Shown: positions 51,217 to 61,252, counted from the stretch's first letter. The stretch: DNA of 64,000 nt from an uncultured Gemmatimonadaceae bacterium (GCA_963740355.1 CAVUDW010000003.1:1792001-1856000), one strand, 5' to 3'. Made by a program: numbers and translations. Notes: generated by a model from the letters alone, not told the origin.

Positions 51217-52419
51217 CTACTTCGACCGCTCCAACGCCTGCTCGATGTCAGCGATGATGTCGTCCCGATGCTCGAGCCCGACGGAAATGCGGACCAGGCC
51301 CGGCACGATGCCCACCTGCAGCCGTTCCGCTTCCGACAGCTTGGAGTGTGTGGTCGATGTTGGGTGCGTCACGATGCTGCGCACATCGCCAAGATTGGGC
51401 GTGTGTGACAGCAACTCGAGCGCATCGAGGAATCGGCGCGCCCGTTCCAGGCCACCGCGCAATTCGAGCACCACGATACCACCACCCGCCGACATCTGCT
51501 TCTTCGCCAACGCGTGATCGGGATGGCTGGCGAGGTACGGATACCGCACGAAGTCCAGCTCAGCGTGATGCTCGAAGTGCGTCGCCACCGCCATCGCGTT
51601 CGCGCAGTGACGTTCCATGCGCACCGACAGCGTCTCGAGGCTCTTCGAGAGCACCCACGCGTTGAACGGCGACATCGCCGGACCGGTGTGCCGGATGAAG
51701 AACTGCAGTTCGGCGATCAGGTCCTTCCGGCCCACCACCACGCCACCAAGCGTACGCCCCTGCCCGTCGATGAACTTGGTGGCGGAATGCACGACCAGAT
51801 GCGCCCCGAACCTGATCGGCTGCTGCAACATCGGCGTCGTGAAACAGTTATCCACCACGAACATCAGCCCACGATCGGCGCAGAGTGTGCCGAGCATCTC
51901 CAGATCGATCAGCGCCAGGCCCGGGTTGGATGGCGTTTCGACGAACACGATCTTCGTGGACGGCAGCACCGCAGCGGCCCATGTCTCCGGTGACGCATCG
52001 GCATCGACGTAGGTGGCCGTGATGCCCCACCGCGGAAAGAGCTTCGTGAAGAGCTGATGCGTGGAACCGAAAAGCGCGCGGGACGCCACGAGATGATCAC
52101 CGCTACGCAGATAAGCCGCCATGCTGCCGAACACCGCCGCCATCCCGCTCGCGAACGCGATCCCAGCCTCGGCCCCTTCGAGCTGCGCCATCTTGGCCAC
52201 GAACTCGTCGGTGTTCGGGTTCGAGTAGCGGCTGTAGATGTTGCCCGTGATCTCATCCGAGAACAGTGCGCGCGCCTGTTCCGCGTCATCGAACACGAAG
52301 CTCGAGGTCAGGTAAAGCGGCGTGGAGTGTTCCCGCTCGGCCGTCCGCGCGGTTTGCGTACGGATCGCGATCGTATCGGGATGAAGCGGTCGGCGGGGTC
52401 GGTCGGGCTGGTCAGCCAC
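51217..52419 (-). CDS. metZ: PLP trans-sulfuration enzyme, O-succinylhomoserine sulfhydrylase-like
   Basis: YSRYSNP, ASGMAA, ETPSNP, VDN, HSATKFIDGQGR, SVGLE. Confidence 0.8.
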   Translation of the reverse strand: MADQPDRPRRPLHPDTIAIRTQTARTAEREHSTPLYLTSSFVFDDAEQARALFSDEITGNIYSRYSNPNTDEFVAKMAQLEGAEAGIAFASGMAAVFGSMAAYLRSGDHLVASRALFGSTHQLFTKLFPRWGITATYVDADASPETWAAAVLPSTKIVFVETPSNPGLALIDLEMLGTLCADRGLMFVVDNCFTTPMLQQPIRFGAHLVVHSATKFIDGQGRTLGGVVVGRKDLIAELQFFIRHTGPAMSPFNAWVLSKSLETLSVRMERHCANAMAVATHFEHHAELDFVRYPYLASHPDHALAKKQMSAGGGIVVLELRGGLERARRFLDALELLSHTPNLGDVRSIVTHPTSTTHSKLSEAERLQVGIVPGLVRISVGLEHRDDIIADIEQALERSK

Positions 52420-52628
52420 ACGGATCTCAGAACGGGTGCAGGGCACGACAACGCGAGAATGGAATCCTATTAGGCCGAGGCCGGTGTGGCACCGGGCGCG
52501 GCGCACAAACGGAAAGGAGCGGTTCGGGGTACTGTCTGATGTGGGCGCGGCGCCGAACGGTGATGCGCTCCACCTCTCCCCCGCAGCCGGGTGCGCTGCG
52601 GGGTGTCACAAATTCCTTGGAGACACGA

Positions 52629-53108
52629 ATGACGCGATTCATGCGCGCTGCAGCCCTCACGGCTGCGCTCCTGATCGGCACGAGTATCACGGCTGGCGCA
52701 CAGGGTGGTCCTCCGGGCGGTGGTCCGCCGGGTGGTGGAATGGGTGGACGTCGCGCGCCGGATGCGATGGCGCTGCTCGAGAAGCCACTGGCTGGCATCG
52801 ACGGCCTGACGGCGGCCCAGAAGGACACGCTGACCAAGATCGAGACCACGTACAAGGCGAAGTTCACGACCTCGAGCACGGCGATGCGTGAGGCGATGAT
52901 GGCCGCGCGCCAGGCCGGCGGCGCCCCTGACATGGCCGCGATGATGAAGATGCGCGAAGGGATGACCGCGATGCGCAAGGAAGAGCTGGCCCTGGCGCGC
53001 GCTGTCCTGACCTCGGCACAGACGGCCAAGTTCGACGAAAACGTCAAGGCCGAGGACGCAGAACGCGAGGCACAGCGTGGCCGGATGGGTGGCGGCCCGC
53101 CGCGGTAA
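52629..53108 (+). CDS. Spy/CpxP-like LTxxQ periplasmic protein
   Basis: Signal peptide, Gly/Met-rich, LTAAQ and VLTSAQ. Confidence 0.75.
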   Translation: MTRFMRAAALTAALLIGTSITAGAQGGPPGGGPPGGGMGGRRAPDAMALLEKPLAGIDGLTAAQKDTLTKIETTYKAKFTTSSTAMREAMMAARQAGGAPDMAAMMKMREGMTAMRKEELALARAVLTSAQTAKFDENVKAEDAEREAQRGRMGGGPPR

Positions 53109-53284
53109 TTCGGCGAAAAAGTCGCTGGACCGATGTAATTGACGGGGTGGGGCGGCGGCGGAACTTGCCAGCCCCGCCCCGTTTTCACATTCTGGATGCA
53201 TTCTTCCGTTACGCCCCAACGCAACGGCGCCGCGTCGGTGCCGTCGTGTTGCGGCGCATTGGTCATTCCACGAGGAACTCACGC

Positions 53285-53791
53285 ATGCCGACATCTCGTC
53301 GCGCCAATCCGACTCGTCATCTGCTCGTCGCGCTCAGCCTCGTGCTCGGCAGCATGTGTGCCGGTGTGCACGAACTGCGTGCGCAGCAAGCCGTCGCCGC
53401 CCGTTCGGCCGGCCCTAGCCTCGACGAGCTCACCGCACAGTGGGCGTCGCTCGAACGGCCACTGCTTGGCGTCACAGACCTGACTGATCTCCAGCGCGAC
53501 GCGATCGAGCTGCTGGAGGAGAAGTACCGGAAGTTATTCATGGACGAGTCCGGCCCGATCCGCACGGCGCGGGCGGCGTTGTTGCAGAACAGCCAGAACT
53601 TTGCGCGCCAGGACGTGGAACGCGCACTGGACCGGATAACGACGCTGCGCAAGAGAGAACTCGAGCTGCTGCGCAACGTGCTCACCGAAGCGCAACGGGT
53701 GCGCTACGACGAGAACATGAAAGCGCTGGCGATCGAGGAGGAGGCGGCGCGGGCGAAGCGGCAGCGCGAGGAGGCGTTCTACACGCCCTGA
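53285..53791 (+). CDS. Second LTxxQ periplasmic protein
   Basis: Signal peptide, LTDLQ and VLTEAQ...YDEN. Confidence 0.65.
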   Translation: MPTSRRANPTRHLLVALSLVLGSMCAGVHELRAQQAVAARSAGPSLDELTAQWASLERPLLGVTDLTDLQRDAIELLEEKYRKLFMDESGPIRTARAALLQNSQNFARQDVERALDRITTLRKRELELLRNVLTEAQRVRYDENMKALAIEEEAARAKRQREEAFYTP

Positions 53792-54885
53792 CGCGTGTGC
53801 ACCACCCAATCGACCGCGTCGCGGGCGCAGAGAGCGCCAACGACGTTGCCGGTACCGCTGTACGCCCCTATCGCGAATACACCGGGCCGAACCTCCTCGC
53901 AGATCGGTGCACCGGATTCGGCATAGGAGACACTGGCCGCCCAGCGGTGCGTGATCGGTGCCGCAGTCCCGATGTGCTCGCGGAGAAACCGCTCGAGACG
54001 AGACTGGATCGCCGGCGACGGTGTGCCGTCGAACGTCCACTCAGATTCGAGATCAGTGTCGCGGAATCCGCCTACCGCGACGGTGCCATCCGGCAACTGT
54101 TGCCAGTATTCATAGCCGTCCCGCCAGTAGACCGGGCGCGGGATGTGCACATCGGCCGCCGGTGCGGTGGCCAGCATCTGCAGTCGCGCCGTCCGTACTC
54201 GCGACGCGAGTTCCGGCAGGAGCAGTTCCAGGCGGCCATCGACCGCGACGATCACGCGTCGGCAACTGATCGCGCCACGATTCGTGCGCACCAGCGTGCC
54301 TTGAACCTCGGTGGCGCGGGTATCCGAAAATAGTCGAGCCCCATCCGCGATCGCGCGACGTGTCATCGCCCGCACTCGATTGAGCGGATGCATGACGCCG
54401 TCGCTCGGCACCAAGAGCCCGCTGCCCTCCGGGCCCTCGTACCACTCGACCGGCAATTCGTCGTGCAGCATCTGTGCGAACTGCGAGCGACAGTCAGCCA
54501 GCTCTTCTGGCGACGATGCGATCCGCAGGGATCCGGTGCGACGTGTGCACTCGGGGAAGTCTGCGAAGATGGTGTCGAGCTCGGATAGTGTGCGACGATA
54601 GAGCGTTACGGCGACGTCGTGGCCAAGGCGACTCACCGCGTCGTGGTGGAAGTCGGCGATGCCGGCGAGCAGGAATCCGCCGTTGCGACCAGCGGCGCCC
54701 GCGCCTACGTCAACGGCGTCGATGCCGATGACATCGAGACCGCGCGCGCACAGTTCCCGCACTGCCACCAGGCCGCTGGCGCCAAGGCCAACGACACAGA
54801 CATCGCAATTCATGTCACCAGTCAGTGGCGACAGTGGCTGCCAGCTCGCCTCGTCGTCCCAGACAGGCGTATTGCGATCGATCAT
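53779..54885 (-). CDS. FAD-dependent oxidoreductase (DAO/PuuB-like)
   Basis: VVGLGASG, GAAGRNGG, YSGTG. Confidence 0.85.
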   Translation of the reverse strand: MIDRNTPVWDDEASWQPLSPLTGDMNCDVCVVGLGASGLVAVRELCARGLDVIGIDAVDVGAGAAGRNGGFLLAGIADFHHDAVSRLGHDVAVTLYRRTLSELDTIFADFPECTRRTGSLRIASSPEELADCRSQFAQMLHDELPVEWYEGPEGSGLLVPSDGVMHPLNRVRAMTRRAIADGARLFSDTRATEVQGTLVRTNRGAISCRRVIVAVDGRLELLLPELASRVRTARLQMLATAPAADVHIPRPVYWRDGYEYWQQLPDGTVAVGGFRDTDLESEWTFDGTPSPAIQSRLERFLREHIGTAAPITHRWAASVSYAESGAPICEEVRPGVFAIGAYSGTGNVVGALCARDAVDWVVHTRQGV

Positions 54886-55076
54886 GGTGGCAGGCAGACG
54901 CGTCGTTGTGCGTCGTACGTTCGTCCCACCTGTTCACATTCGCGCTTCGGATCGACGCGGAAGGACCGGCTGGCCATCACGCGCAAGCCGATGAATGACA
55001 ATCCAGCGAGGCTGATCATCGCCACCATGATCTTGATGGCACGCTCGAGCTTCTGCATCGGGTCGAGCTGGGCCAT
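54882..55076 (-). CDS. Small single-TM protein with two C-terminal Cys
   Basis: Overlaps both neighbours by 1-4 nt. Confidence 0.6.
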   Translation of the reverse strand: MAQLDPMQKLERAIKIMVAMISLAGLSFIGLRVMASRSFRVDPKRECEQVGRTYDAQRRVCLPP

Positions 55077-56119
55077 CAGCGCGCCTTGCCTCGCGGCGAC
55101 CGCGACTGCGCCGCGTGGGCTTCGATCACCGCGCGCGCCGCTTCCTGCGGATCATCGGTGAGCAGCATCAGGTCGAGGTCACCGGCGTTGATCTTGCGCT
55201 CGCCGAGTACGCGCGACTGCAGCCAGCGAATCAGTCCGGCCCAGTAATGGGTGCCGAACAGGACGACCGGGAACTGAAAGATCTTGCCCGTCTGGATCAG
55301 CGTCACCGCCTCGAACAACTCGTCCAGCGTGCCGAAGCCGCCTGGAAAGCAGATGAAGGCATTGCTGTACTTGATGAACATCGTCTTCCGGACCATGAAG
55401 TAGCGGAAGCTGACGAGCGTGTCGACATACGGGTTGGCGCCCTGTTCGAACGGCAACTCGATGTTGCAGCCGATGCTTGGGGCACCGGCGAGACGAGCGC
55501 CCTTGTTGGCCGCTTCCATGATGCCGGGGCCGGCGCCGGTGATGATCGAGAACCCGGCTTCGCCGAGCAGGCGCGCGACTTCGGTGGCGGCGATGTACTG
55601 CGGATCATCAGGCGAGGTGCGGGCGGAGCCGAAGATCGAGACACCCTTCTCGACCGAGGCGAGGGCGTCGAACCCTTCGATGATCTCGCCAGTCATGCGC
55701 AGCACACGCCACGGGTCGGTGCGGGTGAAGTCGTCGCGCGGCCCCGGCGCGGCGAGCAGCTTCGCGTCTTCCGTGAGCGGCACCTGGTCGCGGATGTCGG
55801 TGTCGATGGGCGGGTGGATCAGCGGCGCCGCCTTCTTCGCGTCTGGCTGCGCGGTGGTCTTGATCGGCGCCTTGGTGCGCGAGATGACGGGTGTGCTGAG
55901 GGGCGTCTCACGTCCGGCGCTGCGATGCCCTTCGACATGGCGTTCCATGGCACCCTGAAGCGCCTCGGCCTCGGCCCGCTCCATGGTGGCGACGGTGGCC
56001 TTCTTGCCGCCAGCGGTGGTGGCCGCGGTCTTTTTCGCGCCATCGGCCACGCTCCGCTTGCGCGGCTTCGGGGCGGCGGCGGGCGGCTTGGCGGCAGGCT
56101 TCGCTTTCCTGGCGGGCAT
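55076..56119 (-). CDS. LOG-family (TIGR00730) protein with basic N-terminal extension
   Basis: SIFGSAR, TGAGPGIMEAAN, RKTMF, PGGFGTLDELFE. Confidence 0.9.
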   Translation of the reverse strand: MPARKAKPAAKPPAAAPKPRKRSVADGAKKTAATTAGGKKATVATMERAEAEALQGAMERHVEGHRSAGRETPLSTPVISRTKAPIKTTAQPDAKKAAPLIHPPIDTDIRDQVPLTEDAKLLAAPGPRDDFTRTDPWRVLRMTGEIIEGFDALASVEKGVSIFGSARTSPDDPQYIAATEVARLLGEAGFSIITGAGPGIMEAANKGARLAGAPSIGCNIELPFEQGANPYVDTLVSFRYFMVRKTMFIKYSNAFICFPGGFGTLDELFEAVTLIQTGKIFQFPVVLFGTHYWAGLIRWLQSRVLGERKINAGDLDLMLLTDDPQEAARAVIEAHAAQSRSPRGKAR

Positions 56120-56272
56120 ACGGACGGGGGATTGAGGTCGCGCTGGATTCAGTGACTCGTCGCCCGCACATCCGCGGCCGCGCTGAACGGGTAGAATTGT
56201 AGCTCCCTGCACCTCCCCGCCCCGCCTCGTCCGTGACGGTGGTGCGCCCTTTCCGACGCTCTCCCCGTCGCA

Positions 56273-57646
56273 GTGCCCCACGTCATCATCGTCGTCGCTG
56301 ACGGCGCCCGTCCCGATACGCTCGCTGCCGCGATGGACGCGGGTGAGGTGCCCGCGCTGCAGGCACTGCGCGAGCAGCAGGGGACACACACGCTCACGAC
56401 CGTCTTCCCATCGGTCACAGGGCCGGCCTACGTGCCGTTCCTGATGGGCGAACATCCGGGACATGTGGGTCTGCCCGGATTGCGCTGGTTCGACCGCAGC
56501 CGTCGCGACACCGGCTGGCCGCACTACACGCGCAGTTACATCGGCAGCGAGATGCGGAAAGTCGATCGCGACCTGACGCTGGAGAAGCCGACGGCGTTCG
56601 AGCGCACAGGCGGTGGACTGGCGATGATGAACATGATCGGCCGAGGCCTGCCGCACCGGAACAAGCTCACCAATAGCGTGCAGTTCGCACTGCGGGCCGG
56701 GTACACACACTTCCGCGGTGACGTGGCGGGCTGGCTGGACGTGGATCGTGCGCTGTCGAAGCAGATGCTGGGCCGCGTGCTGGCTGAACGGCCGCCCTTC
56801 ACTTTTGCGAGCTTTTGCGGCGTGGACAAGACGAGCCACAGTGTGGGTCATAAAGCGAGGATCGTGCGCGATGCGCTGACGATCGTGGACGGCTTCGTGT
56901 CGGACGTCACGGCGGCCGCAACTCGCGAGGGATGGATGGACGAGCTGGCGTTGTTCGTGGTGAGCGATCATGGCCACGTGGATGTGCAGGCGCACGATGA
57001 CCTTGCCGACCTGTTTCGCGATGCCGGGCTGCGCGTGCTGGCGCATCCGAAGATCTTCGGCGTGCGCGATCCGGAGATGGCGGTGATGGTGAGTGGCAAC
57101 GCGATGGCGCACCTGTTCGTGGAGCTGGAATCGCGCACCCGTCCCTGGTGGCCAGCGCTGACGGATCGCTGGAATGCCACGGCCGAGATGTTGTTGCAGC
57201 GGCCGTCGGTGGACTTGCTGCTGTTGCCACACAGCGAGACGAAGGTCGAGATCCGCGGCGGCGCAGGCCGTGGCGCCGCGATGACGCAGCGCGACGGCAA
57301 TCGCTACCACTATACGCCCATCACCGGCGATCCACTCGGTCTTGGCGAAGTGCATGACGCGTCGGAAGCCGAGGTGTGGGAGCGATCGCTGGGGACGGAC
57401 TATCCCGATGCACTGGTGCAGATCCTGGCGTTGAACGATTGCAATCGCTGTGGCGACTTCATCATCAGCGCGACGCGGGATTGGGATTTCCGTGGGCGAT
57501 TCGAGCCGATCCCGCACAAGTCGTCACATGGCGCGCTGCATCGTGATCACATGCTGGTGCCGATGCTGACCAACGTGCCGTCGGTGACGCCCTATCGGCG
57601 AACGCAGGATGTGTTTCATCGCGCGATGCAGTTTCTTGGGGTCTAG
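56273..57646 (+). CDS. Alkaline phosphatase / nucleotide pyrophosphatase family
   Basis: ADGAR, FPSVT, DKTSH, SDHG, SHG. Confidence 0.85.
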   Translation: MPHVIIVVADGARPDTLAAAMDAGEVPALQALREQQGTHTLTTVFPSVTGPAYVPFLMGEHPGHVGLPGLRWFDRSRRDTGWPHYTRSYIGSEMRKVDRDLTLEKPTAFERTGGGLAMMNMIGRGLPHRNKLTNSVQFALRAGYTHFRGDVAGWLDVDRALSKQMLGRVLAERPPFTFASFCGVDKTSHSVGHKARIVRDALTIVDGFVSDVTAAATREGWMDELALFVVSDHGHVDVQAHDDLADLFRDAGLRVLAHPKIFGVRDPEMAVMVSGNAMAHLFVELESRTRPWWPALTDRWNATAEMLLQRPSVDLLLLPHSETKVEIRGGAGRGAAMTQRDGNRYHYTPITGDPLGLGEVHDASEAEVWERSLGTDYPDALVQILALNDCNRCGDFIISATRDWDFRGRFEPIPHKSSHGALHRDHMLVPMLTNVPSVTPYRRTQDVFHRAMQFLGV

Positions 57647-57726
57647 TTCGATTTGCTTGCATACAGATCGCAAGCTGAAATGCGACGACACTGGCGCCGT
57701 GCCGGCGATTTCGGTCCACACTCCCT

Positions 57727-57767
57727 CACGCGGAGCCGCGGGGGACGCGGAGTCGCGGAGAACTGCA
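57727..57767 (+). repeat. Solo arm of the CGC(A/G)GAG-doublet repeat
   Basis: CGCGGAGTCGCGGAGAACTGCA (57746-57767) vs CGCAGAGGCGCAGAGAACTGCA (49079-49100). Confidence 0.65.
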
Positions 57768-57855
57768 TGAGACCATGGTGTCCGGTGGCTGAGCTGATCC
57801 GGGTGGTTTTCACGCGTGTGTGGGAGAGCAGGTCTTCTCATCTCAGGACAGGACG

Positions 57856-58593
57856 ATGACTGACAGTGGCGGGCGGGGGTCGAGTACGGGGTTGATTGCG
57901 GTGGCAGTGGCGATCGTGGTGGGGGCGTTTCTGGTGGCGGGGGCGGCGCGGGATGTGGGGCGCAAGAATGACGTGATCGAGGTGACGGGGAGTGCGCGTC
58001 GCGCGATCGTGGCGGACCTCGGCATCTGGAAAGGGACCGTGACCGTGCAGTCGCCGACCGTGCAGGGCGCCTACGGCGAGGTGTCTGGCTACGGCGACCG
58101 CGTGCGGGCGTGGCTCAAGGCGCGCGGGCTGGCGGATAGCGTGATCACGGTGCGGCCGGTCGAGACGCAGCGGATGATGGTGGTCAACAATGAAGGCCAG
58201 GAGACCGGCCAGGTTGCGGGCTACAAGCTGTCGCAGACGCTCGAAGTACGCCTCACCAACCCGAAGGCCATCGAGCTGCTGGCGCGTGAAGCCGGTGCGC
58301 TGGCTGGACAGGGCATCCCGATCGAAGCCTCGTCGCCGCAGTACCTCTACACCAAGCTGGCCGAGTTGCGGATCGCGATGATGGGCGAGGCGACCGTCGA
58401 TGCGCGGGCGCGGGCCGATGTGATCGCGAAGGCGGCGGGGTCGAAGGTCGGCAACGTGCGCAGCGCGAACACCGGTGTGGTTCAGATCACGCCGCGGTTT
58501 TCGACCGAGGTGTCGGACTATGGCATGAACGATGTGACGAGCATCGAGAAGGACATCACGACAGTGGTGAAGGTGACGTTCGCGCTGCAGTAG
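57856..58593 (+). CDS. SIMPL (DUF541) domain protein
   Basis: IEVTGSA, YLYTKLAELR, GVVQIT, KDITTVVKVTF. Confidence 0.85.
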   Translation: MTDSGGRGSSTGLIAVAVAIVVGAFLVAGAARDVGRKNDVIEVTGSARRAIVADLGIWKGTVTVQSPTVQGAYGEVSGYGDRVRAWLKARGLADSVITVRPVETQRMMVVNNEGQETGQVAGYKLSQTLEVRLTNPKAIELLAREAGALAGQGIPIEASSPQYLYTKLAELRIAMMGEATVDARARADVIAKAAGSKVGNVRSANTGVVQITPRFSTEVSDYGMNDVTSIEKDITTVVKVTFALQ

Positions 58594-58612
58594 TTTCGCG
58601 TGGTTCCGTCAC

Positions 58613-58690
58613 GGGCAACTGCCTTGACGCAAAACTGCTGAAGGCGAACCGCGACAGCCGCAGAAGGGCGAACCGCCGCAAACCGGCAAC
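58613..58690 (+). repeat. Fragment of the same repeat family
   Basis: ACCGCGACAGCCGCA (58648-58662) identical to 49199-49213; GGGCAACTGC and CGCAAAACTGC also shared. Confidence 0.65.
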
Positions 58691-58706
58691 AGCTTGTGAA
58701 TGGAAC

Positions 58707-58753
58707 AGCAAGACCTCACGCCCCGTCCGTCGACTGGGGTGTGGGGTCTTGCT
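58707..58753. terminator. Hairpin
   Basis: AGCAAGACCTCACGCCCC...GGGGTGTGGGGTCTTGCT with G-U pairs. Confidence 0.5.
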
Positions 58754-58764
58754 AGCTTTGGGGC

Positions 58765-59016
58765 ATGTCCTGGCCTGGCCTCGTCTTGGCGCTCTGCGTG
58801 CGCTGCATTCGCGAACCATCGCTGATCGGGCCGTTGCTGCTGGTCGGGTGGCGGTTCCGGCGGCGGAACTGGTACGCGCGCGCGCCCTTCCTGCCCATTC
58901 CCGCCTGGGAGTATGTGCAGTGGCGCATGCACACCGCGTACGGCGATCATGCGGCCGTACCGCCCGTGGACGACATCGCGAACTACGCGCGGTGGACGTG
59001 GAACCTGCCCACCTGA
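58765..59016 (+). CDS. Small Trp-rich hypothetical protein
   Basis: PFLPIPAWEYVQWRMHTAYG; stop 1 nt before queG start. Confidence 0.65.
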   Translation: MSWPGLVLALCVRCIREPSLIGPLLLVGWRFRRRNWYARAPFLPIPAWEYVQWRMHTAYGDHAAVPPVDDIANYARWTWNLPT

Positions 59017-59017
59017 C

Positions 59018-60037
59018 GTGACGCTCCAGGCACCCGCCGGCTTTGCGCATCGGTTGAAGGCCGAGGCGTATGCACGCGGGGCGATGTTGGCGGGGATCGC
59101 GCGGCTCGGTCCGATGGAGACCGCAGCCGCATACGACGACTGGATCGCGAAGGGCTATGCCGGCGAGATGGCGTATCTCGATCGCGGCGCCGAGAAGCGT
59201 CGCGATTCGACGTTACCCGTGCCGGGTGCGGTGAGTGCGTTGGTGATCGCGGTCAACTACGGTGGCACGGAGCCGGATGGTCCGGTCGCGCGGTATGCGC
59301 GTGGTGATGACTATCACGATGTGCTGGTGCCGATGTTGCGCGGGATGCAGGACTGGATCTCGTCCGAGCTCGGCAGCGCGGTCGCAGGCAAGGCGTACAC
59401 GGACACCGGGCCGATTCTGGAGCGGGATCTGGCGCGACGTGCGGGGCTGGGGTGGTTCGGGAAGAACACGATGCTCATTTCGCCGAAGCATGGGTCGTTC
59501 TTTTTTATCGGGGTGCTGATGTTGGCGCTCGAGCTCGAGGCGGATGAGCCGTTTGTGGCGGATCATTGTGGTACGTGTACGCGGTGTCTCGACGCATGTC
59601 CGACGGAGGCGTTCGTGGAGCCGCGGGTGATGGATGCGCGGAAGTGTGTGTCGTATTTGACGATTGAGGCGAAGGGGGAGGTGCCGGATCACTTCCGCCG
59701 TCCGATGAGCGGGATGATATACGGGTGTGATATCTGCCAGAGCGTGTGCCCGTGGAACGTGAAGTTCTCGCAGGAGTTGGCGGACGACTCGCCGTTCAAC
59801 ACTCGGGAATTCATTGCCGGGAAGGACGCGGTCACGCTCGCGACGGACATCCTTTCGTGGGAGCCGGAGCAGTTCAGCGCAACGTTCCGTAAGTCGCCGA
59901 TGAAGCGGGCGAAGCTGGCGGGGCTCAGGCGGAATGCGACGGTGGTGCTAAGCAACATAGAGGCCGCCGTAAACGTCCCGCCGCAAGTGCAAGCGTTACC
60001 GGACTACGATCCTGTACTGCGCTCGCACCACGTTTGA
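59018..60037 (+). CDS. queG: Epoxyqueuosine reductase
   Basis: ARYARGDDYH, DTGPILER, GWFGKN, CGTCTRCLDACPT, GCDICQSVCPWN. Confidence 0.92.
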   Translation: MTLQAPAGFAHRLKAEAYARGAMLAGIARLGPMETAAAYDDWIAKGYAGEMAYLDRGAEKRRDSTLPVPGAVSALVIAVNYGGTEPDGPVARYARGDDYHDVLVPMLRGMQDWISSELGSAVAGKAYTDTGPILERDLARRAGLGWFGKNTMLISPKHGSFFFIGVLMLALELEADEPFVADHCGTCTRCLDACPTEAFVEPRVMDARKCVSYLTIEAKGEVPDHFRRPMSGMIYGCDICQSVCPWNVKFSQELADDSPFNTREFIAGKDAVTLATDILSWEPEQFSATFRKSPMKRAKLAGLRRNATVVLSNIEAAVNVPPQVQALPDYDPVLRSHHV

Positions 60038-60413
60038 GCGCGCACAACGGAGCATGCGCACATTACTCTCGGCGACTACTTGCGAAGCGAAGTGCACAAG
60101 ACAGTGCGATGCGCCCGACGCGCGGCACTGGAGTAGCAGTCAGGACCGGGTCTGTGGAACTCGCTCGAACTGCTCGTGGAGGTGGTCTGTGACGTGCGGC
60201 CCGTTCCGAGGACACCGCGCGCCGACGTTGAGCAGCGGCTCAACGCGAAGGTTGCTTCAGCACAAGGCGTGATGACCATAGAGTTGCTTGATGAAATGCG
60301 ACGCGAGGTAGCGGTCGGCTTTCCGCAACGGGCGCGGCACGCTCTGAGAGCATGCTTCGGCGACGAAGGCAACCACTACTCCCATGTCCTGTTCGACACC
60401 GTGGAACACCGCC

Positions 60414-60833
60414 TCATGTTCGTGCGAACGGCGCGAGATCTGCGAGCGCCAGCCCGGACACCCGACGGAACTCGTTCACGTTCAGCGTCGCTACCTCGCT
60501 GCCCGCTACGAGCGCGGTCGCGGCGATCTGCAGATCGTGCGCGCCGATCAACGCCCCTGCTGCCGCCAGCTCGGTCCAGATCCGTGCGTGCGCGCGTGCT
60601 TCTGCCAGACCGAACGGGATCACCGGTACGTTCTCCAGCACACCCTCGACGAACGCGCTGCGTCGCTGCCGGACGGCGCTGTCACGCGCCCGCTCGACAC
60701 CATGCAGCAACTCGGAGGCGGTGATCGCGGCTACCGCGACAGGGGCGTCACAGAGCGCTGCGAGATAGCCTGGCATGTCGAACGTCCCCCGCTCCGCAGC
60801 AATGAGCACTGCCGTATCGAGGAGGACGCTCAC
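60414..60833 (-). CDS. vapC: VapC/PIN toxin
   Basis: LLDTAVLI, TASELLHG, IGAHDLQIAATAL, TLN..EF. Confidence 0.9.
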   Translation of the reverse strand: MSVLLDTAVLIAAERGTFDMPGYLAALCDAPVAVAAITASELLHGVERARDSAVRQRRSAFVEGVLENVPVIPFGLAEARAHARIWTELAAAGALIGAHDLQIAATALVAGSEVATLNVNEFRRVSGLALADLAPFART

Positions 60834-60837
60834 CAGG

Positions 60838-61119
60838 TCAGGACCACGGATCGGCCGGCGCTGGAAGCTCGGCGAGCGCCGCACTTATGTCTTCCCCGAA
60901 TGCAGCCGCGTCCGAGGGCGTCAGACGCGGCAACAGCGCCCAGCGATGCGCCAGTTCGGCCGCCGGAATGCCCGATGGCGCCATCGGTGCGACGAAGGCG
61001 ACCGGCACGCCGTTCTTAAGCAATACGGTCGTCTCATGGCGGTAGAACGCCCGATTCACGACGTCGGCGAAGCGGCGGGCGGCGTCGGTAACGGAGAGGG
61101 ACCGGGTCGGACTCGACAT
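60838..61119 (-). CDS. Phd/YefM-type antitoxin
   Basis: SVTDAARRFADVVNR...LLKNGVPVA; directly upstream of PIN gene. Confidence 0.85.
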   Translation of the reverse strand: MSSPTRSLSVTDAARRFADVVNRAFYRHETTVLLKNGVPVAFVAPMAPSGIPAAELAHRWALLPRLTPSDAAAFGEDISAALAELPAPADPWS

Positions 61120-61252
61120 ACACATAATATGATTTTCAGCATACGTCAGCGCAAGCCTCTCTGCGGGACACGCTCGCGCTCAGTGCGGCGGCCTGGAGGC
61201 ACTCGCACTCGCGGGTGCACACCATGCGGCTCACCGGCAGCGTCGCGCTCGA

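Noticed and set aside
52420..52628. SAM riboswitch upstream of the metZ-like gene; ECF-like promoter GGAAAG-17-GTCTGA
   Set aside because: No SAM-I core motifs seen; the promoter match is too weak to call
56120..57517. 813-aa version of the LOG ORF
   Set aside because: Upstream part is antisense to the phosphatase gene
60038..60413. ORFs 60054-60272 and 60176-60724
   Set aside because: No recognisable domain and overlap with vapC; may be a remnant but cannot be supported
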